Origin: Terriglobia bacterium
GTDB taxonomy: Bacteria; Acidobacteriota; Polarisedimenticolia; Polarisedimenticolales; JAIQFR01
Assembly: GCA_963748015.1 (NCBI GenBank)
Contig: CAVVHE010000005.1
Span: 576,001 to 640,000, forward strand
Direction of reading: 5' to 3'
Length of the DNA stretch: 64,000 nucleotides
In this document: positions 55,049-64,000 of the stretch, in pieces
Layout: the number at the start of each line of letters is the position of its first letter
Numbering within the stretch: position 1 is the stretch's first letter
Program-made: the position numbers and the translations under genes
Notes under the pieces: model-generated
Told to the model about the DNA's origin: nothing
Seen by the model: the letters and a program-made list of their open reading frames with translations, nothing else
The model's database searches: none

Positions 55049-57188
55049 GATAGAACCCGCGCTCCTCGCGGACCATCTCGCGGAGGAGGCCGGCGGGGCG
55101 GAAGCGCTCCCCCTGGCCGTCGGCGAGGCGCGAGAGGCGGTCCACCAGGACGGGGATCCCGACGGCGTCGGCGTAGCGCAGCGGGCCGCCGCGGAAGGCG
55201 GGGAAGCCGGTTCCGAGGATCATCGCGACGTCCACGTCGCGCGGCTCCCGCGCGACGCCGTCCTCGAGGCAGACCACCGCCTCCTTGACCATCGCGAGCA
55301 CCATCCGCTCCTGGAGGGTCTCGCCGGGCAGCTCCTTCGGCGCGGGCGCCCCGGCGAGCTTCGCGGCCTTCGGGTCGGCGCCGGCCTGGACGCCGCCCCG
55401 GTACCGGTGGAAGCCCCTGCCGTTCTTGTCCCCGAGACGCCCGTCGGCGACCATCGCGTCGAGGAGGGCCACCGCCCCTCCGAGCCGCTTGCCAAACGCG
55501 GCCTCGAGCACGGCCGAGGCGTGCTTCGCCGTGTCGAGGCCGATCCGGTCGAGGAGCTCGAACGGACCGGCGGGCATCCCGAACGCCCTCATCGCCCGGT
55601 CGATCGCGTCGATCCCGAACCCCTCGCCGAGGAGGCGCGCCGCCTCGCTCACGTGGGCCATCAGGATCCGGTTCACGAGGAAGCCGGGGGAATCCCTCAC
55701 GACGACCGGCGTCTTTCCGAGCTCGAGCGCGAACGCGTGCACCGTGGCCACCGCCTCGGGCGAGGTCCTGTGGCCCGCGACCACCTCGACGAGAGGCATC
55801 CGGTGAGCCGGGTTGAAGAAATGGAGCCCGACGACGCGCTCCGGATGAACGGCCCGGGCGGCGATCTCGGTGATGGGAAGCGTCGACGTGTTCGACGCGA
55901 ACACCGCCCGCTCGCCGATCCGCTCCTCTGCCTCGGCGAGGACCGCCTGCTTGACCGAGAGGTCCTCGACCACCGCCTCGATGACGAGATCGGCGCGGGC
56001 CAGCCCCTCGAGCCCGAGGGTCGGGGCGATGAAGCCGATGGCCCGCTCCGCGTGGCCCGGGCCGTTCCCCTCCTGGGCGGCCGCCTCCCGGGCGTCGCGC
56101 AGCGCGCTCTTCAGCCCGCGGAGCAGAGGTTCCTCCCGCACGTCGCGGAGGCGGACGAGGACGTCGCGCTGCGCCACCAGCCCGGCGATCCCGGCCCCCA
56201 TGACCCCCGAGCCGAGCACGGCGACCTTGCGGATCCGCCGCGGGGTCGCCCGGTAGCCCCCGACGTCCTTCTTGAGGGCGTTGCGCTGGGTGAACAGCCA
56301 GATCAGGTTCTTCGAGGTGCGAGTCGGCGCCAGCTCGCCGACGATCCGCGCCTCGAGGTCGAGCCCCTGCGAGAGGGGGACCGCGAAGGCCGCTTCGATC
56401 GCGTCGAGCGCCCGGAACGGCGCGGGATAGTCCGCGGGGGAGAAACGCTTCGCCGTCTTTCGCCGCGTGTCGGCGAGGAGGCGGCGCCTCAACGGACCGG
56501 CGCTCTCCACGAGCCGCGCCGCGAGCGGCCGGCCGCGGCGCGCGGCGCCGTGCCGCCCTCGCTCGGCGGCCTCCCGGAGCAGAGCGAGCGCCTCGCGTCG
56601 GAGGCGGAGCGGGGGGACGATCCGGTCCACGAGCCCGATCCGCTCCGCGCGCCTCGCGCCGATCTGCCGGCCGGTGAGGATCAGGTCGAGCGCGTGGACG
56701 AGCCCCACGAGGCGCGGGAGCCGCTGGGTCCCGCCGAATCCCGGCACGATCCCGAGGCGCACCTCGGGAAAGCCGATCCTCACGGCCGGATCGTCGGCGG
56801 CGACGCGGAAAGCGCACGCGAGCGCCAGCTCGCTCCCGCCCCCGACGCAGGCGCCGCCGATGGCGCACGCCGTCGGCCACGGCGCGTCCGCGAGGCGCTG
56901 GAAGACCGCCTGTCCCCGGCGCGCTCCCTCGCCGGCCTCGTAGGCGTCCTTGATCGCGGCGATCGCCTCCACGTCCATCCCGGCGAGGAACATGCCGGGT
57001 TTCGCGCTCTCGAACAGCAGGCCGCGCACCCCTTCGCGGCGAGAGAGCTCGTCGAGGAGGCGGTCGAGCGCCTCGAGGAGGTCGCGCGTGAGGAGGTTCG
57101 CCTTGGAGCCGGGCTGGTCGAAGGTGACCCGCACGATCCCGTCCGGATCCTGCTCGTGGACCATGCCCGGCGCGGCTCCGTCCTGCAT
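55041..57188 (-). CDS. fadJ: Fatty-acid oxidation complex alpha subunit (enoyl-CoA hydratase / 3-hydroxyacyl-CoA dehydrogenase)
   Basis: GGGSELAL, FPEVRLG, GSGVMG, EAVVE, SNTS, HFFNP, GFLVNR. FadB versus FadJ subtype not certain. Confidence 0.9.
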   Translation of the reverse strand: MQDGAAPGMVHEQDPDGIVRVTFDQPGSKANLLTRDLLEALDRLLDELSRREGVRGLLFESAKPGMFLAGMDVEAIAAIKDAYEAGEGARRGQAVFQRLADAPWPTACAIGGACVGGGSELALACAFRVAADDPAVRIGFPEVRLGIVPGFGGTQRLPRLVGLVHALDLILTGRQIGARRAERIGLVDRIVPPLRLRREALALLREAAERGRHGAARRGRPLAARLVESAGPLRRRLLADTRRKTAKRFSPADYPAPFRALDAIEAAFAVPLSQGLDLEARIVGELAPTRTSKNLIWLFTQRNALKKDVGGYRATPRRIRKVAVLGSGVMGAGIAGLVAQRDVLVRLRDVREEPLLRGLKSALRDAREAAAQEGNGPGHAERAIGFIAPTLGLEGLARADLVIEAVVEDLSVKQAVLAEAEERIGERAVFASNTSTLPITEIAARAVHPERVVGLHFFNPAHRMPLVEVVAGHRTSPEAVATVHAFALELGKTPVVVRDSPGFLVNRILMAHVSEAARLLGEGFGIDAIDRAMRAFGMPAGPFELLDRIGLDTAKHASAVLEAAFGKRLGGAVALLDAMVADGRLGDKNGRGFHRYRGGVQAGADPKAAKLAGAPAPKELPGETLQERMVLAMVKEAVVCLEDGVAREPRDVDVAMILGTGFPAFRGGPLRYADAVGIPVLVDRLSRLADGQGERFRPAGLLREMVREERGFYPG

Positions 57189-58366
57189 CAGGCCCGCTCC
57201 ACGATCAAGGCACCGCCCTGCCCGCCGACCGCGCAGGCCGTGGCGACGCCGAGCGACGCGTCCCGTCGCTCCATCTCCCTCGCCAGCGTCAGCACCATCC
57301 TGGCGCCGCTCGCGCCCAGGGGGTGCCCGAGCGCGATCGCGCCCCCGTTGACGTTCACCAAGGCGGGGTCCAGCGTCCCCAGGGGACCCGTGCCGAGCTC
57401 TCCCTCGCAACAGGTCCTCGACTCGAACGCGCGGAAACAGGCGAGGACCTGCGCCGCGAACGCCTCGTGAAGCTCCACCAGGTCCATCCGGTCGAGCGCC
57501 AGCCCTCCGGCCCGGCGGAGCGCCTCGGGCACGGCGAAGAGAGGCCCCAGCCCCATGCGGGCCGGGTCGCAGCCCGCGAACCCCCACGATCGCACCGTGC
57601 AGAGCACGCGCAGGCCGAGCGCCCTTGCTCTCCCGGCCGACGCGAGGACCAGCGCCACCGCCCCGTCGGCGACCGGGGCCGAGTTCCCCGCGGTCACCGT
57701 GCCGAAACGGGGATCGAACGCGGGGGGAAGCGCCGCGAGCGCCGCCGCGCTCGCGTCCTCCCGGATACCGGTGTCGCGGGTGGCCGAGCTCTCGAACTCG
57801 GGAGGGATCGGGACGATCATGACCTCCCCCGCCATCCGGCCTTCCGACCAGGCCGCCGATGCCAGGCGGTGGCTGCGGAGCGCGAACGCGTCCTGGTCCT
57901 CGCGAGAGAGATCGAATTCGCGAGCGAGCTTCTCGGCGGTCTCGCCGGCGCTCTGTCCCGTCACCGGGTCGCGGAGCAGGAGCTCGAGGTCCCCGACCGC
58001 GGACATGGACTCGACCGCGGCGGCCACCGCGAAGTCGGCGTCCCCCGCGCGGATCCGGTAGGCGGCCTCGACGATCGCCTCGAGGCCCGACGCGCCGTTG
58101 CGCGAGACGGTGAGCGCCGGGACGCGGCGAGGGAGCTTCGCGAGGAGCGACGCCACGCGGGCGATGTTCGGCGTGCCGGGGGGCGACGCGACGTTCCCCA
58201 CGACCACCTCGTCGATCGCGTCGGGGTCGATCTCCGCGCGCTCGACCGCCTCGCGGATCGCCACGCGCGCGAGCTCCGCCGCCGGGACGTCCCGCAGAAC
58301 GGTCCCCGCCCTCGCGAACGGCGTGCGGACCCCGGCGACGATCACCGCGTCGCGGTCGCCGATCAA
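57188..58366 (-). CDS. FadI/FadA-like thiolase lacking the nucleophilic Cys
   Basis: RTPF, HEAFA, NVNGGAIALGHP, C-terminal Cys; but RNGASG where RNCASG is expected. Confidence 0.85.
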   Translation of the reverse strand: MIGDRDAVIVAGVRTPFARAGTVLRDVPAAELARVAIREAVERAEIDPDAIDEVVVGNVASPPGTPNIARVASLLAKLPRRVPALTVSRNGASGLEAIVEAAYRIRAGDADFAVAAAVESMSAVGDLELLLRDPVTGQSAGETAEKLAREFDLSREDQDAFALRSHRLASAAWSEGRMAGEVMIVPIPPEFESSATRDTGIREDASAAALAALPPAFDPRFGTVTAGNSAPVADGAVALVLASAGRARALGLRVLCTVRSWGFAGCDPARMGLGPLFAVPEALRRAGGLALDRMDLVELHEAFAAQVLACFRAFESRTCCEGELGTGPLGTLDPALVNVNGGAIALGHPLGASGARMVLTLAREMERRDASLGVATACAVGGQGGALIVERA

Positions 58367-58379
58367 ATGCCCTCCCGCA

Positions 58380-59786
58380 TCAACCCTGCGGCTCCCGTTC
58401 CCGCGCGATCCCGTGGGCTTCGAGCTTCTTGTACAGGTTCGAGCGCGGCGTGTCGATCGCCTTGGCGGTCGCGGCGATGTTCCAGTCGTTCTCCTCGAGC
58501 TTCGCGAGGATGAAGCCGCGCTCGGCGGCGTCCTTGAACGACTGCAGCGTGGCCCCGGCCTGCGGGACGACCACCGCGTCCCCGTCGCGCCGCGCTCCCT
58601 CGACCCCCAGCGGCATCGACAGGCCCGAGGGGATGTCCGACGCGCGCACCGCGTCGCCGGGCGTCATGATGATCAGCCTCTCCACCGCGTTTCGCAGTTC
58701 GCGCACGTTCCCCCGCCAGGGCAGCCCCCGCAGGACCTCGAGGGCGTCCGTCGCGAATCGCTTGGGACGGAAGTTGTTGTCGCGGCAGAAATTCTCCGCG
58801 AACCACGCCACGAGCGGCTCGATGTCCTCGCGCCGCTCCCTGAGCGGGGGGAGGCTGACCGGTACGACGTTGAGGCGGAAATACAGGTCCTCGCGGAACG
58901 CTCCGGCCTCGATCTCCGCCGGGAGGTCCTTGTTGGTCGCGGCGATCACCCGGACGTCCACGGTGAACGAGCGCGCGGCGCCGACCGGCTCGACCTCGCC
59001 GTCCTGGAGGACGCGGAGCACCTTCGACTGGGTCTTGAGGCTCATGTCGCCGATCTCGTCCAGGAAGATCGTGCCGCCGTCGGCCTGGACGAACTTGCCG
59101 GACTGGTCGCGCGTCGCGCCGGTGAACGCCCCCTTCTCGTGCCCGAACAGCTCGGACTCGATCAGCTCCTCGGGGATCGCGGCGCAGTTCACCTTGACGA
59201 AGGCCTTGCCGGCCCGCGTGCTGTTCCTGTGGATCGCGCGGGCGACGAGCTCCTTCCCCGTTCCCGACTCGCCGGTGATCAGGACCGACGCTTTCGTGGG
59301 CGCCGCGCGCGCGAGCTCGTCCTGCACGCGGCGGAGGAGCGGAGAATCGCCGACGATGCGGAATCGCTCCTCGAACGAGAGCCTGAGGGTGCGGTTCTCC
59401 TCCTCGAGGCGCCGCCTCTCGATGGCGTTGCGCAGGACGAGGAGCACGCGGTCCCGCTCGAGCGGCTTCTCCATGAAGTCGAAGGCGCCGAGCCGCGTCG
59501 CCTCCACCGCGGTCGCGATGGTGCCGTGCCCGGACACCACGATCACGGGCGGCTCGAGCCCGCGCTTGCGGATCTCGGCGAGGACCTCGAGCCCGTCCAT
59601 TCGGGGCATCTTGATGTCGAGGAGCACCGCGTCCGGCCGGGATTCTTCCGTCTTGCGCAGGGCCTCCGGCCCGGACGAAGCCTCGAGGATCGCGTACCCC
59701 TCGTACTCGAGGATCATCCGCAGCGACGAGCGGATGTCCTCCTCGTCGTCCGCCAGGAGAACGATCGGCTTGCGCGCGGGGGTCAT
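58380..59786 (-). CDS. Sigma54-dependent response regulator (NtrX/NtrC-like)
   Basis: Receiver domain, GESGTGKE, GAFTGA, FLDEIG, WRGNVREL, HTH. Confidence 0.93.
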   Translation of the reverse strand: MTPARKPIVLLADDEEDIRSSLRMILEYEGYAILEASSGPEALRKTEESRPDAVLLDIKMPRMDGLEVLAEIRKRGLEPPVIVVSGHGTIATAVEATRLGAFDFMEKPLERDRVLLVLRNAIERRRLEEENRTLRLSFEERFRIVGDSPLLRRVQDELARAAPTKASVLITGESGTGKELVARAIHRNSTRAGKAFVKVNCAAIPEELIESELFGHEKGAFTGATRDQSGKFVQADGGTIFLDEIGDMSLKTQSKVLRVLQDGEVEPVGAARSFTVDVRVIAATNKDLPAEIEAGAFREDLYFRLNVVPVSLPPLRERREDIEPLVAWFAENFCRDNNFRPKRFATDALEVLRGLPWRGNVRELRNAVERLIIMTPGDAVRASDIPSGLSMPLGVEGARRDGDAVVVPQAGATLQSFKDAAERGFILAKLEENDWNIAATAKAIDTPRSNLYKKLEAHGIAREREPQG

Positions 59787-59880
59787 GGATGGCGCCGTCC
59801 TCGAGAATGAAAGGCGCGGCGAGAATAGCACAGCGCGCCGGCCGTCGGGTCGCGGCCGGCGCGCTCGATCGTATTCCGGA

Positions 59881-61461
59881 TCAGTTCTTGCCGCCCTCGG
59901 GCACCCGCATGAAGACGACGGTCGTCGCGCCGCCGCCCAGGACCAGCTTGATCTTGGCCACCCCGCCCGCCTTGAGCTTGCGGACCGCTTCCTTGAAGGC
60001 GGTCACGCTGCCCACCGGAGCGTCGTTCACCGCGGCGATGACGTTGTACATCCGGATGCCCGCGGTGGCGGCCTCGGACCCGACCTCGACGTCGGTCACG
60101 ACGACGCCCTTGACCGTATCGGGCAGCTCGAGCTGGTCGCGCACGCGAGGCGTGATCGCCTCGACCGTGATCCCGAACCCGGCGGAGGAGGTCGCGCCGT
60201 CCTCTTCGCCCTGTCCCTTCCTCGGGCGGAGGTTTCCCTGTCCGATCTGGGTGGCGTCGGGCCGCTCGGCGAGGGTCAGCGTGAAGGCCATCGTCTTGCC
60301 TTGCCGCAGGACCTCGAGATCGATCTTGTCCCCGGGCTTGCGGGAGGCGACGCGGCCGAGGAGGTCCCGTCCGTTCCGGACCGATTCGCCGGCGGCCTTG
60401 CGGATGACGTCGCCGGACTCGATGCCGGCCTTCGCGGCCGGGCCGTCCTCGCTCACGGCCTGGACGTAGACCCCGTTCTTGTCGGGCAGGCCCATGTACT
60501 CGCGCGTCGCGTCGCCGACGTCGCTCATCGTGATCCCGATGTAGCCGCGGCGGACCTTCCCGCCGTCCCGCAGCTGCTCCATCGCGCTCTTCGCCATGTT
60601 GATCGGTAGGGCGAAGCCGATCCCCTCCGCCAGCCCTCCGCGGTTGATCGCGGTGTTGATCCCGACCACGCGCCCCGAGGCGTCGAGAAGCGGCCCGCCG
60701 GAATTGCCGAAGTTGATCGCGGCGTCGGTCTGGAGGAAGTTGACGAGCCCCTGGTCGGTGTCGCCGACGGGGACCTGCCGGTCCTTCGCCGAGATCACGC
60801 CGACGGTCACGGTCTCGGAGAGCTCGAACGGGTTGCCGATGGCGATGACCCACTGTCCGGGCCGCAGCTTGTCCGAGTCGCCGAGCGGCAGCGAGGGCAG
60901 CGTGCGTCCCTTCGGGTCCACCTTCAGGAGGGCGAGGTCGACGTTCGGATCCACACCGACGATCTCCGCGGTCGTCCGCGTGCCGTCGTTGAAGTTCACC
61001 TCGACCTTCGTCGCGTCCGCGACGACGTGGTTGTTGGTCAAGATGTAGCCGTCGGGCGAGACCACGAACCCCGAGCCGCCGGACTGCTCGCGGCGATCCT
61101 CCGGCGTGAGCCGCCTCCGCTGCTGCGGGTCGGGCCCGAAGAAGAACTGGTAGAACGGGTCGTTGCGCATCGACCCGTGCGGATCGTCTTCCGGAGAGCC
61201 GGCCTTCTTCACCGACGTGCTCGTGATTCCAACGACGGCGGGGATGGACTTCTCGACGATGTCGGCGAAGTCCGCGACCGGGGAGGCCGGAGCGGCCGCC
61301 GCCGCGGGGATCGACGCCGCGGGAGCGAGCCCGACCGTCGGAACGTCGCGCGCCGCGAGCGCGATTTGCGGCGCGTTCAGGCGGCCGCCGATGATCATCC
61401 CGCACACGATGCTCACGCCGACGACGGCGAGCAGTAGGGGGAACGTCCACTTCCGGTTCAT
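59881..61461 (-). CDS. Do/DegP/DegQ family serine protease
   Basis: TNNHVV, DLAL, GNSGG triad; two PDZ domains. Confidence 0.93.
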   Translation of the reverse strand: MNRKWTFPLLLAVVGVSIVCGMIIGGRLNAPQIALAARDVPTVGLAPAASIPAAAAAPASPVADFADIVEKSIPAVVGITSTSVKKAGSPEDDPHGSMRNDPFYQFFFGPDPQQRRRLTPEDRREQSGGSGFVVSPDGYILTNNHVVADATKVEVNFNDGTRTTAEIVGVDPNVDLALLKVDPKGRTLPSLPLGDSDKLRPGQWVIAIGNPFELSETVTVGVISAKDRQVPVGDTDQGLVNFLQTDAAINFGNSGGPLLDASGRVVGINTAINRGGLAEGIGFALPINMAKSAMEQLRDGGKVRRGYIGITMSDVGDATREYMGLPDKNGVYVQAVSEDGPAAKAGIESGDVIRKAAGESVRNGRDLLGRVASRKPGDKIDLEVLRQGKTMAFTLTLAERPDATQIGQGNLRPRKGQGEEDGATSSAGFGITVEAITPRVRDQLELPDTVKGVVVTDVEVGSEAATAGIRMYNVIAAVNDAPVGSVTAFKEAVRKLKAGGVAKIKLVLGGGATTVVFMRVPEGGKN

Positions 61462-61555
61462 GGCTTCAACCTCCGAGATAAGGAACTATGGAATCGTACT
61501 CGTTCCGCGCCGGGAGGGCATCCCCCGCAGGCGAGCGTCGTTCGGTTCGTCGGGA

Positions 61556-61975
61556 TCAGGCCGCGCCACCGACGCCGGCGGGGCGCGCGCCGATCACCGG
61601 GAGCAGATCGTCGAGGGCGGTCCTCAGCAGACCGACGTCGACCGGCTTCTCGAGCACCCGATCGACACCCAGGAGACGGGCCTGCTGGCGGACGCCGTCG
61701 TTGAGGTAGGCCGAGATCAGGATGCATCGGGCCCTGCACTCCTTCCGCCGAAGCTCCGCCAGGAGGGTCAGGCCGTCCATTCCCGGCATCTTGTAGTCCA
61801 GGAGGAGGAGATCCACCTCGGGGAGACGGTCCTCGTTCTCGAGGACGCGGCACGGGCTGTCCTCGATCAGCGTCCGATAGCCGGCGCGTGCGAGGAGCCG
61901 CCTGTAGGTGGACAGGACCGAAGGGTCGTCGTCGACCACCAGAACCGTGTAGCGGGCGTAAGAGTAGGGAGTCAC
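61556..61975 (-). CDS. Single-domain response regulator
   Basis: VVDDD, LLDYKMPGMDG, ISA, KP. Confidence 0.88.
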   Translation of the reverse strand: MTPYSYARYTVLVVDDDPSVLSTYRRLLARAGYRTLIEDSPCRVLENEDRLPEVDLLLLDYKMPGMDGLTLLAELRRKECRARCILISAYLNDGVRQQARLLGVDRVLEKPVDVGLLRTALDDLLPVIGARPAGVGGAA

Positions 61976-61990
61976 CAGCGGGTGTGTAGA

Positions 61991-62006
61991 GGCAAACGGC
62001 GTGCCG
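61991..62006 (-). promoter_or_regulatory. Sigma54 -24/-12 promoter
   Basis: Minus strand CGGCACG-CCGT-TTGCC just upstream of the single-domain response regulator. Confidence 0.6.
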
Positions 62007-62112
62007 TCTCGCTGCGGGGCATGATCCGCGGGAAATCAGCGGTCTACGGCACCTTTGGCTCGGCGACGAGAGAACACGACCGCCAAACTGGCGCACCGGG
62101 GGCGCCATCCCG

Positions 62113-63540
62113 TCAGGGTTGCGGGGTTTCGGACTCCCGGCCGGCGAGACGGTATTCCTTGAGCTTCCGCTGGAGGGTCCGCAGGCCGATGCCGAGCATG
62201 TCGGCCGCCTGGGTTCGGTTGCCTCCCGTCTGCTCGAGCGCGCCCAGGATCGCCCGGCGCTCGATCTCCTCCATGGTCAGCCCGGCGCTCCCGGCGGGGA
62301 TTCCCTCGGCACCCGCCGTCCCGGCGGCCGCCGGGGGGCGCCCGGCCTCGGCCGCCTCCCCGGCGTAGCGCTGGTACTCTTCCGGGAGGTCGGCGACGGA
62401 GATCTCCTCGGCCGGCGCCAGCACCACGAGGCTCTCGACCACGTTGCGCAGCTCGCGGACATTCCCCTCCCACGGGGCCGCGTAGAGCACCTTCATCGCG
62501 TCGGGGGCGAAGTGCATCCCCTCGCGGTGGTTTTCCCTGGCGAACTGCCGGAGGAAGTGGTCCACGAGATGGAGGATGTCCTCGCGCCGCTCGCGGAGCG
62601 GGGGGATCCGGAGAGTCACCACCTTCAGGCGATAGTAGAGATCGCTGCGGAACCGGCCCTGGTTCACCGCGGCCTCGAGGTCCGCGTTGGTGGCGGCGAT
62701 CAGCCGGATGTCGACGTGGATCGTGTCGGTCCCGCCGACGCGCATGAACTCTCGCTCCTCGAGGACGCGCAGCAGCTTCACCTGCATCTCGAGCGGCAGC
62801 TCGCCGATCTCGTCGAGGAACAGCGTCCCCTTGTCCGCCAGCTCGAACTTGCCGAGCTTGCGCCCGACCGCTCCCGTGAACGACCCCTTCTCGTGCCCGA
62901 ACAGCTCGGACTCCAGGATCTCGGCGGGGATCGCCGCGCAGTTGATCGGGAGGAACCGGGCGTCGCGGCGGGGGGAATTCTCGTGGATCGCGTTCGCCAC
63001 GAGCTCCTTCCCGGTCCCCGACTCGCCGACGATCAGGACGCTGGACCGGGTCGGGGCGACGAGGTCCATCTGCCGGATCAGCGCCTCCATAGGCTTCGAG
63101 CGGCCGATGAGCCGTCCGAACTTCTCGCTCAGGCGGCGCTCGAGGTCCTCGACGCGCTGCGTGAGGCGGCGCTTCTCGATGATGCTCGCCGTCTGGACCC
63201 TGAACTCTTCGAGATCGACGGGCTTCTTGAGGTAGTGGTCGGCGCCGAGCTTGATCGCCTCCACCGCCGACTCGATCGACGCGTGGCCGGTGATCATCAG
63301 CACGCCCACGTTCGGGTTGATCTGGCGGGCGGACTTGAGCACGCCGAAACCGTCGATCCCGGGGAGCATCAGGTCGGTCACCACCAGGGCGACGTCCCGG
63401 TGCTCCCTGAGGTACTCGAACGCGGGGGGCGCCTCGGGGAACGCGGCCACCGTGTGCCCGAGCTTCGACAGGCACCGGGTGTACACCTTCCGGTTCCCCT
63501 CGTCGTCCTCGATGATCACGATGTGGGCGGGGTCGCTCAT
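62113..63540 (-). CDS. Sigma54-dependent response regulator (NtrC/AtoC-like)
   Basis: Receiver domain, GESGTGKE, GSFTGA, WEGNVREL, GNRTQAA HTH. Confidence 0.93.
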   Translation of the reverse strand: MSDPAHIVIIEDDEGNRKVYTRCLSKLGHTVAAFPEAPPAFEYLREHRDVALVVTDLMLPGIDGFGVLKSARQINPNVGVLMITGHASIESAVEAIKLGADHYLKKPVDLEEFRVQTASIIEKRRLTQRVEDLERRLSEKFGRLIGRSKPMEALIRQMDLVAPTRSSVLIVGESGTGKELVANAIHENSPRRDARFLPINCAAIPAEILESELFGHEKGSFTGAVGRKLGKFELADKGTLFLDEIGELPLEMQVKLLRVLEEREFMRVGGTDTIHVDIRLIAATNADLEAAVNQGRFRSDLYYRLKVVTLRIPPLRERREDILHLVDHFLRQFARENHREGMHFAPDAMKVLYAAPWEGNVRELRNVVESLVVLAPAEEISVADLPEEYQRYAGEAAEAGRPPAAAGTAGAEGIPAGSAGLTMEEIERRAILGALEQTGGNRTQAADMLGIGLRTLQRKLKEYRLAGRESETPQP

Positions 63541-63580
63541 CCCGGTCCCATTGTAGTGCAGCGTCCCGGGGAATTCCCGC

Positions 63581-64000
<420 letters not shown>

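Noticed and set aside
51473..55288. Long antisense or alternative-frame ORFs (e.g. 51473-55288 +, 9730-12438 -, 37446-39683 +)
   Set aside because: Shadow ORFs typical of high-GC codon bias; they overlap well-supported genes and show no recognisable motifs.

Overview
Very GC-rich, gene-dense bacterial window. The gene content (Cna-B/carboxypeptidase-regulatory repeat protein, VWFA-related protein, peptidase-MA/PD40/Omp85 fusion) tentatively suggests Acidobacteriota. About 47 CDS: a partial double-nucleotidyltransferase (GlnE/GlnD-like) gene; a renalase-ribA-phospholipase D operon diverging from an Rrf2-hemerythrin-qNor-cupin NO-detoxification operon; a TetR-controlled YbhGFSR/TolC-like ABC efflux operon; an M16 peptidase pair; many envelope genes; yitJ; fadL; ftsEX; an M1 peptidase; a FadJ/thiolase pair; a Do-family protease; two sigma54 activators; and the 3' end of ligA. 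No rRNA, tRNA, CRISPR or transposase was seen. Several single-base frameshifts look like long-read errors. The most notable non-coding signal is a three-copy intergenic structured element (9773-9940, 14795-15039, 54735-54889). Its long terminal arms and one inner stem differ in sequence between copies but stay base-paired, while junction and loop motifs (CCT, TTCCT, CGGAGCGA, AA bulge, AGCG) are conserved. Also notable: a separate 160-nt hairpin element, a 6x22-bp palindromic tandem array, a thiolase lacking its nucleophilic Cys, a degenerate acyl-CoA ligase beside fadL, and several sigma54-type promoters.
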